Shown here piece after piece: positions 1-13,660 of a DNA stretch of 50,571 nt (the first letter of the stretch is position 1; each line of letters opens with the position of its first letter). The notes below the pieces were generated by a model. It was not told the DNA's origin, did no database searches, and saw nothing but the letters and a program-made list of their open reading frames with translations. Both the position numbers and the translations under genes were made by a program. Source of the stretch: Perkinsus olseni (Eukaryota); contig JABANN010000226.1 in the NCBI GenBank assembly GCA_013115125.1, forward strand, positions 1-50,571, given 5' to 3'.

Positions 1-511
1 GCAACAAAAACTCATCCTTTAAATGATCCGGACCTAATGGGAAGAGCGGTCACCCGATGTTGATTGTTATACATTTTCATGGTTCGCAGTTTATAAAACA
101 CAGTCAGCGAGCGCCTGTGGGATGAATAATTCATCACTGATCCAAGCGACTCACTCAATCTCGTCTAATTTCCCAGTTACGAAGAAACATAAGAGGATGT
201 GTCAGACTTGAGCAGCTCAAGTCTTAAACCTCCTCTTATCAATTTGCATTAATTGCCTATCCTGTTTCTATTCGGTCCTTGTTCGGACCAAGCACTATAG
301 CAGTGATTAAGCGTGTATCATATACAGTGCATCCGTCCTCTCATTGCGAAGGTATATACCCCCTCGTAACTATCTTCTAGCATACTTCCGTGCCACTGGA
401 ACAGTGGTTGGCGATCCGTCGCCGCGTAGGCTGCCATGCCAGAACTAGAACACAACTACACCAGATCATTTCACACTACAGGTTTTTTGAAACACTCGTT
501 AGTATAGACAA

Positions 512-1095
512 TCAACTCCAGGACGATGTCGGTAGCAGCCCTCGTATCCTTGCACCCAGCTGCAACCGCTGAACCGCATCTGATGCTCTCTTAACCATAG
601 GGAAGGCAAAGCTCAACTCCAGGAGATCTGGTCAGATCGATTAGAGAATAACAAAGATGTCCGAGTCCCTTACTCGTCCCGAGGAAAGGCAATGATACTC
701 CAACTCCTGCCGAGGCGCGAAGTCCGTCCCTCGCATCTTCTATGAGGCGCTGGCAGAGACGAATTTAACGGGAAGATATTGACTGGAGCTTACCGCTCTG
801 TTCAACCTAGGTTTCTCGATGAGGCAGCCAGCCTGGGCGAAGGCAAAAGCTCGCATGTTGATAGACAGTGTCCCGTCATCCCGGTCGTCATCCAGCTGAA
901 CACACATCAGATCTAACCATACCGAAAGATGGTCCTCACCTCCTCTCCGTAGTCATTCTGAGGCTCAGCATCGCTAGATCTCCTCAGGTTGTTGAGCCAT
1001 GTTATCGGCATCGACGCTAGGAAGTGTGCACTCAACAGCATGTCCCCACCAGTGTAGTCGTACCTGGTCGCAGAAATGAGTCGGCTAGGAGGCAC
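512..1095 (-). CDS. Exons of a hypothetical spliced protein-coding gene (extent uncertain)
   Basis: Minus-strand open stretches (PPSRLISATRYDYTGG...DYGEE; QLDDDRDDGTLSINMRAFAFAQ; RLIEDARDGLRASAG) are each followed by a donor (GTGAGG ~938, GTAAGC ~793, GTAAGG ~673) and a short intron ending in CAG. No family recognised. Confidence 0.35.
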
Positions 1096-1690
1096 TGGAC
1101 AAGGCTCACGTTGGATCAGTCCCAGGAGCTCCTCCGACCCTCGGGGCTGCAGGGCCGGCTGAGCGATACCTGAATCCCCTCAAGCCCGATATTGGGTCGA
1201 CTGCTCCACCGCCAAGGAAAAATCTGACCAGCGTGGCGCGAGTCGATGCAGAAGCAGTTACACCAGCTGCATCCTACCGGTCCTGGAAAGGCGTCACTGG
1301 CGGTAGCGCATTCCCTTTGGCTGGAGGATGGACAATAAGACCTCCGGATACCTACGCCAAAGAGCACCTAGGGCGGCATGGTCGTTACAAGGATAACGGT
1401 AATTGCGACGTATACGATTACGTGTCAGTCCGACAGAATCATACCGACAGATCATTACTATTACATCAGATCTTCGTATCAGCCTTGCAGAACGACAAGA
1501 GCGATAGGCAGCCTTTGTCGAGCAAAGTAATGCTATGAAATCTCATGCCATCGATGAAACTCAAGAGATGCATTTTATAGAGGAATGCATGCCATTTAAA
1601 CCTGCGGCCCGAAATGGAACACCTTCGCAGCCGGAATTTTCGCGAGTAACACACTGTATCATTTTACGCGGAATCGGAACGTTGCCATTC

Positions 1691-3175
1691 TTAGCGCCTC
1701 TTGACGCTAACCAGCGAGGCAGCAGGCACACCATTTACAGGCTCGCATCTCCCGATAGGCTCTGTGACGTCAGCTCAGATAATTATATCATCGAGTATAT
1801 ATTCAACATATTCAATATATTATATTGTGGTTCACCTAATGTCAACTCAGGGGAACCACAGAGCACAATGTCTACTGGTTCTTCTCTGGCATCCATATTA
1901 CCCCAGCCTCCCATGTCCAATCATGAGCTTTCCAAAGATACCCGCAGCACTCCGACAGGCCCGCCAGTTTAAGGAAGCTCACATCACCTGAAAAAGCGTT
2001 GTTTCCAAGTCCCCCCATCACCCTGGTTCTAGTACCCAATACACCTGGTGTGAGATCCGCGTACGCGTGAAGGAGAGAACCTCCAATAACATGACTACTG
2101 CCCTCTTCGGTTTCGTCAAATCGGAAATCATCCCGAGTGTAAGCATACTTGACGCTAGTTTTCATAGTGCCTGTCGACGAAAGGCTCTTTCACAGCGCGG
2201 AGAACAGACCACACTACGCAAAGGCATTCTCCTGACAGCGTAGGAGGCCGACGGTTTTCTACTGGCCTCTCCGTCATCCTGCTGTGACGGCTGAATTTCA
2301 GGAAGCAGATCTCTCAGTGTAGAGCTCAGTGTGAATGTGTGGCGCCCAGTGGCTCTGTCTGTCAGCACAGCGGCGAGACCAGTGGCGACTCCCCTGGAAC
2401 TAGAGTAGCCTCGATGGTCCGTAGTGTCCCTAGAGGCCTCCAGATCGAGCTCCCAGCCCTCCGACGCTGGCGTGATACCGACTCCCGTTAACTAAGAGAT
2501 CGCACTACACGCAAGAAGCGAACTACCCGCGTCTCACCTTAGGTATGTTGAGACTAGCATTTAACATCTGTGAGCCTGGCCACGCCTTGTTGTAGCGAAA
2601 GGAGACAGAGGTGAGGCCTCCGAAAACATATGGTATATTCATAGTGGCATCTGGAAGGACCCATCGCTATCAACTCCCCTGGCATTGCCAGGCAGAACCC
2701 CTGTGGCCTAGTACCAGCCCCTGGCTCGCCCATCCTGTTCATGTCCACTCCGGCTTCGTAATTCCTCTGCTTCTCCACCACCTCCAAAGTAACATCAGCA
2801 CTACCCGGTGGAGACTGAAGAAGCCAAGCTGTAAGGAGCACTCCGACCGCACCCCTACCCCAGGCATGTGGTCGACGGTAGCACGAATGTCTTCAAAGGC
2901 ATTGAGCTCTTCCAAGTCCCTTATCGTCTGATTGAGCGTATCATGGAGCTCCCCATAGGTGTCACACATCCTCAGTGGGCCTATGAACCTGGATCTAGAC
3001 CGTAGCACAGCAGATAGCAACAACATCACCACTACTTCTCCAATAGAGCTTCGCTTAGCCTCCGCCTGCCTTTAACGTGTACTCTCACCTCGGGGGTTCG
3101 CTCATCCTGCACACGATGGATCTCAGGAGGCATCTCAGTGCTGGCCGCTTCCATCGGCTCCTCTTCTTCCGGCAT
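1691..3175 (-). CDS. Hypothetical multi-exon protein
   Basis: ATG at 3175 (MPEEEEPMEAASTEMPPEIHRVQDERTPE) followed by a GTGAG donor. Further exons lie in ORFs 2739-3032, 2554-2841, 2162-2368 and 1872-2165. Putative stop at 1691. No recognisable domain. Confidence 0.4.
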
Positions 3176-3426
3176 CAATTGTTATGGAACGAAATGTTCA
3201 AGCCAAACTGAAGACTAAAACAGTCACAGTACCACAATGCTGCGCGGTCATGAGATTTTTTGACTTTTTGGCAAGCGGAGCGAAGCACGAGATCAGCGCA
3301 TTTCCGATGTACCTCTCCCGCCAACATCGCATTGAAGTTGGAAAGACCCGTGCGTCCCCGAGGCGGGTGACATGGTATCGGTTGAGGTACGATGCAAACC
3401 CACACGTCGTCTAACCAGTTGGTTTA

Positions 3427-5305
<1,879 letters not shown>

Positions 5306-6486
5306 TGCTCAGCTAACGCGATCCGCCGGGTTGAACCCGGTACTGGCTGTCCAACCGGCAGTCTTCTGGACGCCGGTCTCCATGTGTTAACAGCTGGTGC
5401 GTTGCTATCGTGACCATGACTTTACGCCCTTGCCTTTGTCGTCTTATTCTCGATGTTGTGTTAGCGAGCGTGGAAGGATACTCATGTCCTTTGCCATATT
5501 CGTGCAGTGTAATGTCGAGATCGTATAATACGGATTTCAGTAGAGTGGATATGGCAGCTATTTGTAAGGGTGCATGTGGGTTGATGCGAGAGGCCTCACG
5601 GGGACAGGGCAGAATCGGATTCCGTGGTCTGGCATCGCGAAGAACGAGCGCTTGGTCTTCCCGAGTGGCTCAGAACGGTTGGCTAATGAGGTGCGGTCCC
5701 GTGTTGTCGCTGAAACCCTAGCCACATCATGGCCCAGTCCGTTGTTGCAAGCTCTAGGTGCCTTCGCCGAGTACCGAATTTGACTTGCTCTATTTCCGTT
5801 CTGGGTCCCCGCGGCTGCTCCAAGCTCTGGAATCCAGGGTACGACTGTGACGTTCTTGGCAAGAACTCCTTGCCTGTGTCGAACTTGCCTGAAGGAAGGT
5901 TCGATAGAATAGACGGACTGACAGGGGGCATCACACTCCAGGCTCCCCCATCGCTAAAAACCGTACGTAGTCCGATAGGCGCACCAATGGTCATATCACG
6001 ATGAGTGGATAAGGCTTAGCGTGAGGAGGTAATCAGCCTAGGACTCCTACAATCAATTGTGCTGTGTTACAGAGGACGCCTTTTTCTTTCATCCAAGATT
6101 CCGTACGTTCGGATAGGCTTGCACCCATTGTGCGGGGCAGTTGAGTCATGGAAGACTTCGTAGCACTGGGGTGATGGGGAGTTCTCGAAGACGGGACCGT
6201 GAGCTACAGATGGCACCACGTCACTCCTCGGTGATCACATGCGGTCTGGAGAGGTTGAACGATACCTTCTGCACCCCGGGTGTTTTGGAAGCGCCACCGC
6301 TCGAAAAGTGATCACGGCGGGCGAAATCCGTCCGAGACAAGGGGCGAGGACAGGCCATGCCCTTGTCTTTGACCATCAGTGTTCTGGTCAAGAAAGGTCC
6401 AGTCAATGCATAGATGTTCCTGCTTGGAGCACCGCGATGACCTGCCTCCAGCCCCAACCCTCTCAGTTTTGTTCATTCTGTTTAAG

Positions 6487-8071
6487 ATGTCTCGCTATAC
6501 CCCGGCTTACTCGAGATTCGCGCACCTATCTCCCCAGCCCGGTTGGGAGGTGACTTCGGTATACCGTCCAGAAGTTCTCTTCGCCCAGTCTGGGAATACC
6601 ACATACTTCCTATTACCGTGGCGCGAAGCTGTCGAGGTCAAACCGGAGCCCATCGATTGGACCGTCATCAACGGCGTGAAGTTCGCGCCGTTGGAGTTCC
6701 AGTATACACAGCCTCATCTCCATGTGGATCCTGTTCGAGAAGCCGGTGTCTTCGAATATTTAGAGAGCGATACTACCTACTACGAGGTGCAACTCAGCCA
6801 TCGTGGCCGGAGTGAGTTCGAGAGTGCCGCTCGCAAAAGTTACACCTTCGACGAAGAGGGAAAGCTGTCTCCTCTGCATAACAATCCCGACTCAGTTTGG
6901 GAGGCTGATGCTCTGGCGAGGCTGCGGCGATTGAATAAGTTCTCTGTGACTCGGGCTGGGCATCGACAGCGCCCTAAGGCTGGGACGGCTTACATTGGCA
7001 GCCAGGGATCATTCACGATCATCCTGATTTTCGGCGAGATCGGAGAAATCGTTTTCTCGTCAGTGAATGGTGGTACCGAGGAAATACAATACGTCCGATA
7101 CTATCCTGTGGGAATTGAACCAGGGGCTCTCTTAACGGTAGCCTATACCACCGGAGGGGAGGCGCACTTCTTGGTACTGCGGGACTCCCAAAACAGCGTG
7201 ATCAAAGTCGAGAAAGCGTTCTACGACATGAACATCATCAGCCGATGGGATGACGTGGGTGCAGCGATGACCATTATGGCTCATGAACAATCGATGCTGC
7301 CGCCTGCTCGACTGCAACCAGGTGGTACGCAGCTCCAGGGCTTGCTTCTCGAGGTCCTATCACCGCCCAGCAATGGTTTTCCCTGCACAGTGGGCGTGAG
7401 TGGCTCTTCGGACTAGGATCCCAGAATGGCGAGTACTTTATTGTGCCTCTGAGGCCTCCTCGAGATACTAAGAATGCTACCGCACTCAAAAAGCGTCCGA
7501 AGCAAGCTACTATTCTCCACGTAGATTCTGAAGGTGACACCCACTACTATGAGACGTTCGTGGACTCCTTCAACGACACTCAGTGGTGCTTCTTCGGCAT
7601 CCAAGAGTGGGACTACCCACTTTCGGATGGGCATCTGGAGAAGCCCCTGAAGGATCCTATCCTGAGCATGGACCATCCCGTAACGGAGGAGCTTAACGAC
7701 TTATGCGCAAGTCGTTCCCTTTATATTCGTACGAGTTTGCATCCCACCAAATTAGATGATTGGGAGCCGGAGACTGGCAATTACACGGGGTTGGTTGGCA
7801 ACGGCACATTGACCGTAGAGATCAAAGCTGAGGGGCGCAGGATTCTGCAGTCGCCTCCTGGAATACAGTATTCAAACTCTTCCTCGCCTCGATAGTATAC
7901 AACCAGATTTGTTTCCTGCAACCGACCAACCCGAATGATGGTGAAGCGAAGGTTGTTATACTGCGCCCGCCAGGGGTGACAATGAGATCTCATTCGGACA
8001 GTGTAGATACAGACACACTCAAGGCCTTCACGAAGGACGATTTTATGGGTTGGGATACGGTGAAGGAGTGA
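6487..8071 (+). pseudogene. Orphan tandem-family paralogue A (two frameshifts; pseudogene or sequencing error)
   Basis: Aligns end to end with ORF 8981-10933 (YRPEVLFA, KPEPIDWTVINGVKFAPLEFQY, GREWLFG, HYYETFVD, CFFGIQEWDYPLSDG, GEAKVVILRPPG...GWD). Needs frame changes near 7375-7383 and 7830-7862. TGA at 8069-8071. Confidence 0.8.
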
Positions 8072-8980
8072 TCTCGTGCGTGAGCACCGATTGAGAGGAC
8101 TGGGTTTCATCGATCTTCATGAGCTGTGTGACTCCTACATGACCTTCGCATATGCTACCTCGCACTCGAGAACTACTCCAAGTTGTCCCTCTTATTCAAA
8201 CCTATTCGTTGTCTTTTGCTGTGAACGCTCGTCCTTGTGTTTCTGAGTATGGGAATGCGTCGAAGTGGAAACGCACCGAAGTGTACCACCATCAGAAGGT
8301 GAAGCACCGCTTCACGCTTGCATGGTTATAGGTTCAGATTAAAGTGGCCTGTTTATCGACAGGGCATCACTCATAATGTGATCTAGGGTTCTCTCACCAG
8401 TGTCGCGAATGCCCGTAAGATCTGTCAAGCTTCCGAAAGTGGAAGGATTATGCGCGACGGGCGCCCACGAGACTAAGTACCATACCGCCTCGAGCACAGA
8501 GTATCCGGGCAATGAGAATGTCCTGGAATTCGGCAGTGCTTCACTTGGCGCGGGCGGAGTAGCTCCCACATTTGCACTCAGACACTACCAGCGGCCTTCA
8601 ACCTCCTCCGAGTCACGAGACGAGTGTGCAGGGCAACGACGCGATCTCAATTTTGCGATCGGCCCTGTAACGGATCCTAAGACCAATTGTGGGTTTGGTC
8701 CGCCGAATAGAGATTGGCTACGAAAAGTTCGGAGGTCGATCTGGAGGTCGAACTAGGGAATGCATCGGAGCCGGTTGGATTCCCAATCCGCCCATCCGGT
8801 CACCAGAGCGGCCAGGGCTAGTTTCGAGTTTATTCAGAAGCTGCCTTTCGGCTTTATATATTCCATTCAAGACGTCACTCGGTGCGCTAGTATCGTCGAG
8901 ATTCGGGCACCTTCCCCCTCGGCCGGGCTCATTGAGGACCCCGATTCAGCGCCAAGAAGTTCATTGCATCGGATCGGAGC

Positions 8981-10933
8981 ATGAGACGCACTTTTCATTG
9001 CCATCTCGTGGAGTTGTCGGGAGTGAGGAACTGTGATGGTACAGTGAACAGATACCCTGGAATAGCCACCGCTCGAAAAATGATGTCGATTGGCGGCCAA
9101 TCATTGGCCCCCGCGAGCGACCTCCGTGCGCCGTTGAGCGAGCAATTCACGAACAGTCTCCATCAGGGGCTGATTCTCAGTCTCGTCGACGAGGGGATGC
9201 CTATGAACATAGTGCAAAATCCTCGCGATGGGCCTTCTGATCCTCTGAGCATCTTCTTACCCTGTTCAGAATGTCTTACCAGAATGCTTCCTTCGAGATT
9301 CATGCCCCTCTCACCTATCAACGGCTGGGAGGGGGCTCCCTTATACCGGCCAGAAGTACTCTTTGCCATGACGACTGAAAGCACCTACTTACTGTTGCCC
9401 TGGCGAGGTGCCGTCGAAATCAAGCCGGAGCCCATCGAATGGACCATCGTCAACGGCGTGAAGTTTGCGCCATTGGAGTTCCAGTATATCCAGTCTCATC
9501 TTTATATGAATTCTGTAAGGGAAGCCGGCGTCTTCAGATGTGTAGCCGGCGATACCACCTACTACGAAGTAGAGCTCGACTACAACGCCGAAAGTCTATT
9601 CCGGAGCGTCAATCGCCCGTATTACGCCTTCAACGCTGAGGGCAGGATGTCGCCTTCTCGCCGCGAGTTCGACCTCGGTACAGAAGACGACATTTTGGAA
9701 GACCTTCTGAGTATAGACGAGTTCGATATAGCTCGTTCCAAGCCTCATCAGCTTCCTAAGCCTGGATCTGCTTATGTCGGTCGTCAGGGATCGTTCAGAA
9801 TGGCCTTGGTTTTTGATGGGATGGGCACAGTTGCCTTCGCGTCGCTTGAGGGTGCCACTGATAAGATACGTTACGTTCGATACTACGCTGTGGGAACCGA
9901 GTCGGGGGCTCTCGTAACCGTGACCTACACCACAGGAGGTCAGGCGCACTTCGTAATGCTTTTAGAGTGTGAAAACGCTGGGATCACCCAAGGGGATAAT
10001 CTATACTACGATGTCAATACATTTTACTTATGGGATGATATCAGTTTCGCAATGACTGTGATGGCTCATGAGCAGCCGGTCACAGCGATTCTGCAACCGC
10101 GTGGAATACGGCCTCCCAAGAGTGGGTTTGAAGGCTTCGTGCTTGGAGCAGGTCGGCCCACTCTGTACCACGGGCGTGAATGGCTCTTCGGCCAGGGAGC
10201 CCGAAATGATGAGTACTCCGTGGCGCCCATCCGGCCCGATCGAAACTATGTGATACCCTTCTCGGACATCGAGGAAGCGCTTAACAAGAACATGACAATC
10301 ATGCAATGGGCTTACGCTAGCGGCAGATTCGCACGGCCGTACAAATTTCCTGCAATTAGGGCATCTATTTACCACATAAGTCCTGAAGGTGTCACACATT
10401 ATTATGAGGCGTTCGTCGACACCTTCGGTATGACCAAGGCATGTTTCTTCGGCATCCACGAGTGGGAGTATCCTCTTTCGGATGGGCAGTCGGAAAAGCC
10501 CCTGAGGGATCGGATCCTAGATATGGACCATCCCGTCACTAAAGACCTTAATGGCTTATGCGAGAGGAATGTTCTTCTCCCTCGTACGGGGTTGGAACAT
10601 ATAAAAGGGTTCAAGTTTGGTGATCTGGAGCCACATTCGGGCAACTTCACGGGTTTTCTTGAGAATGGTACTTTGAGACTGGAATTTGAGGAAGCGGGAG
10701 CGAAGGCTTTTGAAGAAGGGTGGCTCGTTCAAAGCTATGATAAGATTGCCCACTACCGAGTACTTCACGCTCTTATCGCGGCTGTCTACCCAACCGGATC
10801 GGGCGAGAAGGACGGGAGAGTTTTGATACTCCGCCAGCCAGGGACAACGATGGAAACTTACTTGGACGATTTAAACGCGCGGCTCCCTGGAGGTATCAGA
10901 AAGATGGATTTGAAGGGGTGGGACACAGCCTGA
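8981..10933 (+). CDS. Orphan tandem-family paralogue B, uninterrupted 650-aa ORF of unknown function
   Basis: Long intact ORF homologous to 6487-8071 and 12968-13660. The true start may be downstream, near the acceptor-like CCCTGTTCAG at ~9269. Confidence 0.8.
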   Translation: MRRTFHCHLVELSGVRNCDGTVNRYPGIATARKMMSIGGQSLAPASDLRAPLSEQFTNSLHQGLILSLVDEGMPMNIVQNPRDGPSDPLSIFLPCSECLTRMLPSRFMPLSPINGWEGAPLYRPEVLFAMTTESTYLLLPWRGAVEIKPEPIEWTIVNGVKFAPLEFQYIQSHLYMNSVREAGVFRCVAGDTTYYEVELDYNAESLFRSVNRPYYAFNAEGRMSPSRREFDLGTEDDILEDLLSIDEFDIARSKPHQLPKPGSAYVGRQGSFRMALVFDGMGTVAFASLEGATDKIRYVRYYAVGTESGALVTVTYTTGGQAHFVMLLECENAGITQGDNLYYDVNTFYLWDDISFAMTVMAHEQPVTAILQPRGIRPPKSGFEGFVLGAGRPTLYHGREWLFGQGARNDEYSVAPIRPDRNYVIPFSDIEEALNKNMTIMQWAYASGRFARPYKFPAIRASIYHISPEGVTHYYEAFVDTFGMTKACFFGIHEWEYPLSDGQSEKPLRDRILDMDHPVTKDLNGLCERNVLLPRTGLEHIKGFKFGDLEPHSGNFTGFLENGTLRLEFEEAGAKAFEEGWLVQSYDKIAHYRVLHALIAAVYPTGSGEKDGRVLILRQPGTTMETYLDDLNARLPGGIRKMDLKGWDTA

Positions 10934-11446
10934 CCGTGTTTTTCTTGACGTCGTATCGAGGAAAAGCATCATAAGGGAGTAGGTTGCCGGTCCCATTTTT
11001 ATCAGGTATCGTAGTGCTGTACAGCTCTCGGGGCTTATCATGCTCGTCACAAATTGTTCTCTCTGTCATGAGCTGTTCAACACCTCCGACTGCGGTTGGC
11101 TGTGAACGGGGCCTCTTGTGTTGGCTAGTTTGAAAACTCACGAAGCGACCCGATTCGGGTGGAGCTCGCGGGTGAGTCCATCGAGTGCCCCACTCTGTCC
11201 TGGCATGATTGACTTAATTTTGAAAAGATGTTCTCCCCCCTTCTTTCGTTGTTGTTCGGGGGACCCCACATGATGGTATTCCAATCAGGAGCTTCTAGTC
11301 AGAGGTCTTCCTCCTACGAGACTCATCATGAGTCACTCATAAAACCTAGCAGTGCTTAGCTACCTTCAAAGTGACTGCGCAGTAGTGAGTGGCGAAAGAT
11401 GTCGGAGAGCTTCACGCTCGGGGAGAGGGCGACGTACCTACTCGAC

Positions 11447-11905
11447 TCAACCGCTGCTGCTGACGACGTTGGGAGGTTTCACTTCATCGTCAGCAGAAGC
11501 CTTAGGAGAAGGTTCATCGACCCTGCTGAGCACGGCGAGTTCCGGCTTCTTCGTGCCGATCCCTACCTCCGGTGATGTAGCACGTGACGTCGAGAACTCG
11601 AGACTTCTGTAATGTCACCTGGGCAAGGGACATTGATGGCATACTCTAATACCATTTCGTCTTGTTTTGTCGGAGAGCCTGTCTCGTTGTGGTCGATGAA
11701 ATGAGTAGTGTACGAGGTGGTAGGCGAACGTACCGGACTTTGCCATCTGTTCGATGATCGGAATTTCTAAGGCGCCAACACCATCTGCAGTTCTTCTGCG
11801 CGAGTACAAGCGTGAGTCCTGGGTTAGTCCGGCCCGGACTGTCCGGGGCGATAGAATAGCTGTTTGTTCCTCTCGTATGCTCTTCCCTCCCCACGGCCGA
11901 GCCAT
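11447..11905 (-). CDS. Small hypothetical 3-exon protein
   Basis: ATG at 11905. Introns GTACGT...ACAG and GTATGC...TTACAG (11644-11607, 38 nt) join MARPWGG...MAKSG, SPTKQDEMVLE and SLEFSTSRATSPEV...VVSSSG* in frame. Confidence 0.45.
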
Positions 11906-12889
11906 TCACTCTCGGTTGTCTGAGAGGCTCTGGACGGCTTCCGTCGGGCTGCCACAGGATCCAGGATAGAAAGCCTATTCCAACGAAGAGTTGTTATCTC
12001 AACGGAAAACCTGCAAAGTCAATCTGGTTATCGCTAGCACAACGAGCGAATATGTTTCTCAATAAAAATACGTTATTTCAACGGTATCTGGCAACCCTGA
12101 CGAGCATTACTTAGTAGAGAACACGAAATTGCTATCCCAACGGTGCGCAGTTGTACTAACGGTGGGAGCTGCTATTCTAACGGTGTGAAAACTGAGGGGC
12201 GAGGAAGCACTTCAGAAGTAAGATAAACAGCCAAAAGCTACGGCCAGCAGCAGGAGTACAGTCGCAGAGTGAGGTGCACAAGAATTCAGGTCTCATTCAA
12301 ATTATTCACGCCATTGCATGTTATCATATCGAATTCATGATACGTATGTCTGCACCTCACGAATAGCTTCCAACAACTACAAGTATGTGCATTCCGAAAG
12401 CCATCCGAGGAACCGGTGAGCCATTCACATTCAAAGACGTCTCAGATTATCCGACGATTTTCGGTGCGCTGAGGCCTTTCAGATATATTGGGATATTCTC
12501 TGAGATTTGGATTCAGTAACCCTGTGGCCGTAATTGAGGCCAGGGTGAACAACGGGGGGTAATCATCACTATTTGCCCCAATAGGACTGATTCTGGTCAA
12601 CGTGCAATCATAGAATTAAGCATTGTTAAACGGAGTATTTCCAGGTTTTGTATTGTTCGACACGGTTCGCCTCGGACGATGTCACGTGCTGTATGACGAG
12701 GTAGTGTAAATATATTCTGGTAGCCCACTATTTCATTCTATATGACTAGCTAGCAATGGTGTTGCAATATCATTATCTCACCAAAGTGTTTGAGAATTGA
12801 GAAACATTCACGATTCTGTCACGTTCACATGTTGGGATGGTATCAAGCGAGGAAGTCACTTTTTACAAGTGGCGGACATGTTCTCTACT

Positions 12890-13660
12890 CAGGTCGGCCA
12901 TCTCGCAGTACGAGTAATGGAGATCACTACGAAGAATTATTAACCGGATAGGACCCCCGAAAACTGAGTGTACATTGCCAGAGATCTCACTCTATCTCAG
13001 TCTATCTGGCAACGTCGGAACGATACGAGATCCCCAGAAGCTACTAAAGACACCTTTTTTGTAAGGTATCTTCCGACCCGAGCTATTATTCTCCACGCCG
13101 ACCATGAAGGTGTCACACACTATTATGAGACGTTCGTCGACACCCCGGGTTTGACCGAGACATGTTTCTTCGGCATCCAGGAATGGGAGTATCCCCTTTC
13201 GGACGGGCAGTCGGAGAAGCCTTTGAGGGATCGGATCCTGAGTATGGACCATCCCGTCACGGAGGAACTTGACGGTTTATGCAAGAATGGCTCCCTCTTC
13301 ACTCGCAGGGGGAGGCATCCAACACAGTTGAAGGATTGGGAACCAGATTTGGGAAATTATACGGGGTCGGTTGGCAACGGCACCCTGACGGTGGAACTCA
13401 CGGTTGAAGGGCGCGAGAATCGGGGGCTGCCCGAAAATCACACCCTGCTAATTGCCCCGATCATGCATGATTCGATTGGTTTTCTGTACCCAACTGGAGT
13501 CGGGGAGATGGAAGCAAAAGTTGTGATACTGCGCTTGTCTGGAATGAACGAAGAAAACTACGTGAGCCGTTTGGGCGCGAAGTTCTTCAGAGGCTTCACA
13601 AGAGTGGATCAACAGGGGTGGGATATGATCCTCTATGAAACTCGGAACAGATTCGAATAG
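12890..13660 (+). pseudogene. Orphan tandem-family paralogue C, C-terminal part only (5'-truncated or 5'-decayed)
   Basis: ORF 12968-13660 contains ILHADHEGVTHYYETFVD, CFFGIQEWEYPLSDGQSEKPLRDRIL, GNYTGSVGNGTL, EAKVVILR and GWD. It lacks an ATG start. CAGGTCGGCC at 12890 matches 10149 in copy B. Confidence 0.75.

Noticed and set aside
1-3175. Possible degenerate retrotransposon, suggested by fragmented ORFs
   Set aside because: No gag, RT, integrase or transposase motifs and no terminal repeats. The fragmentation is explained by short GT-AG introns on the minus strand.
5410-6010. Overlapping ~100-aa ORFs on both strands
   Set aside because: No motif or clear splice pattern to choose a strand or frame.
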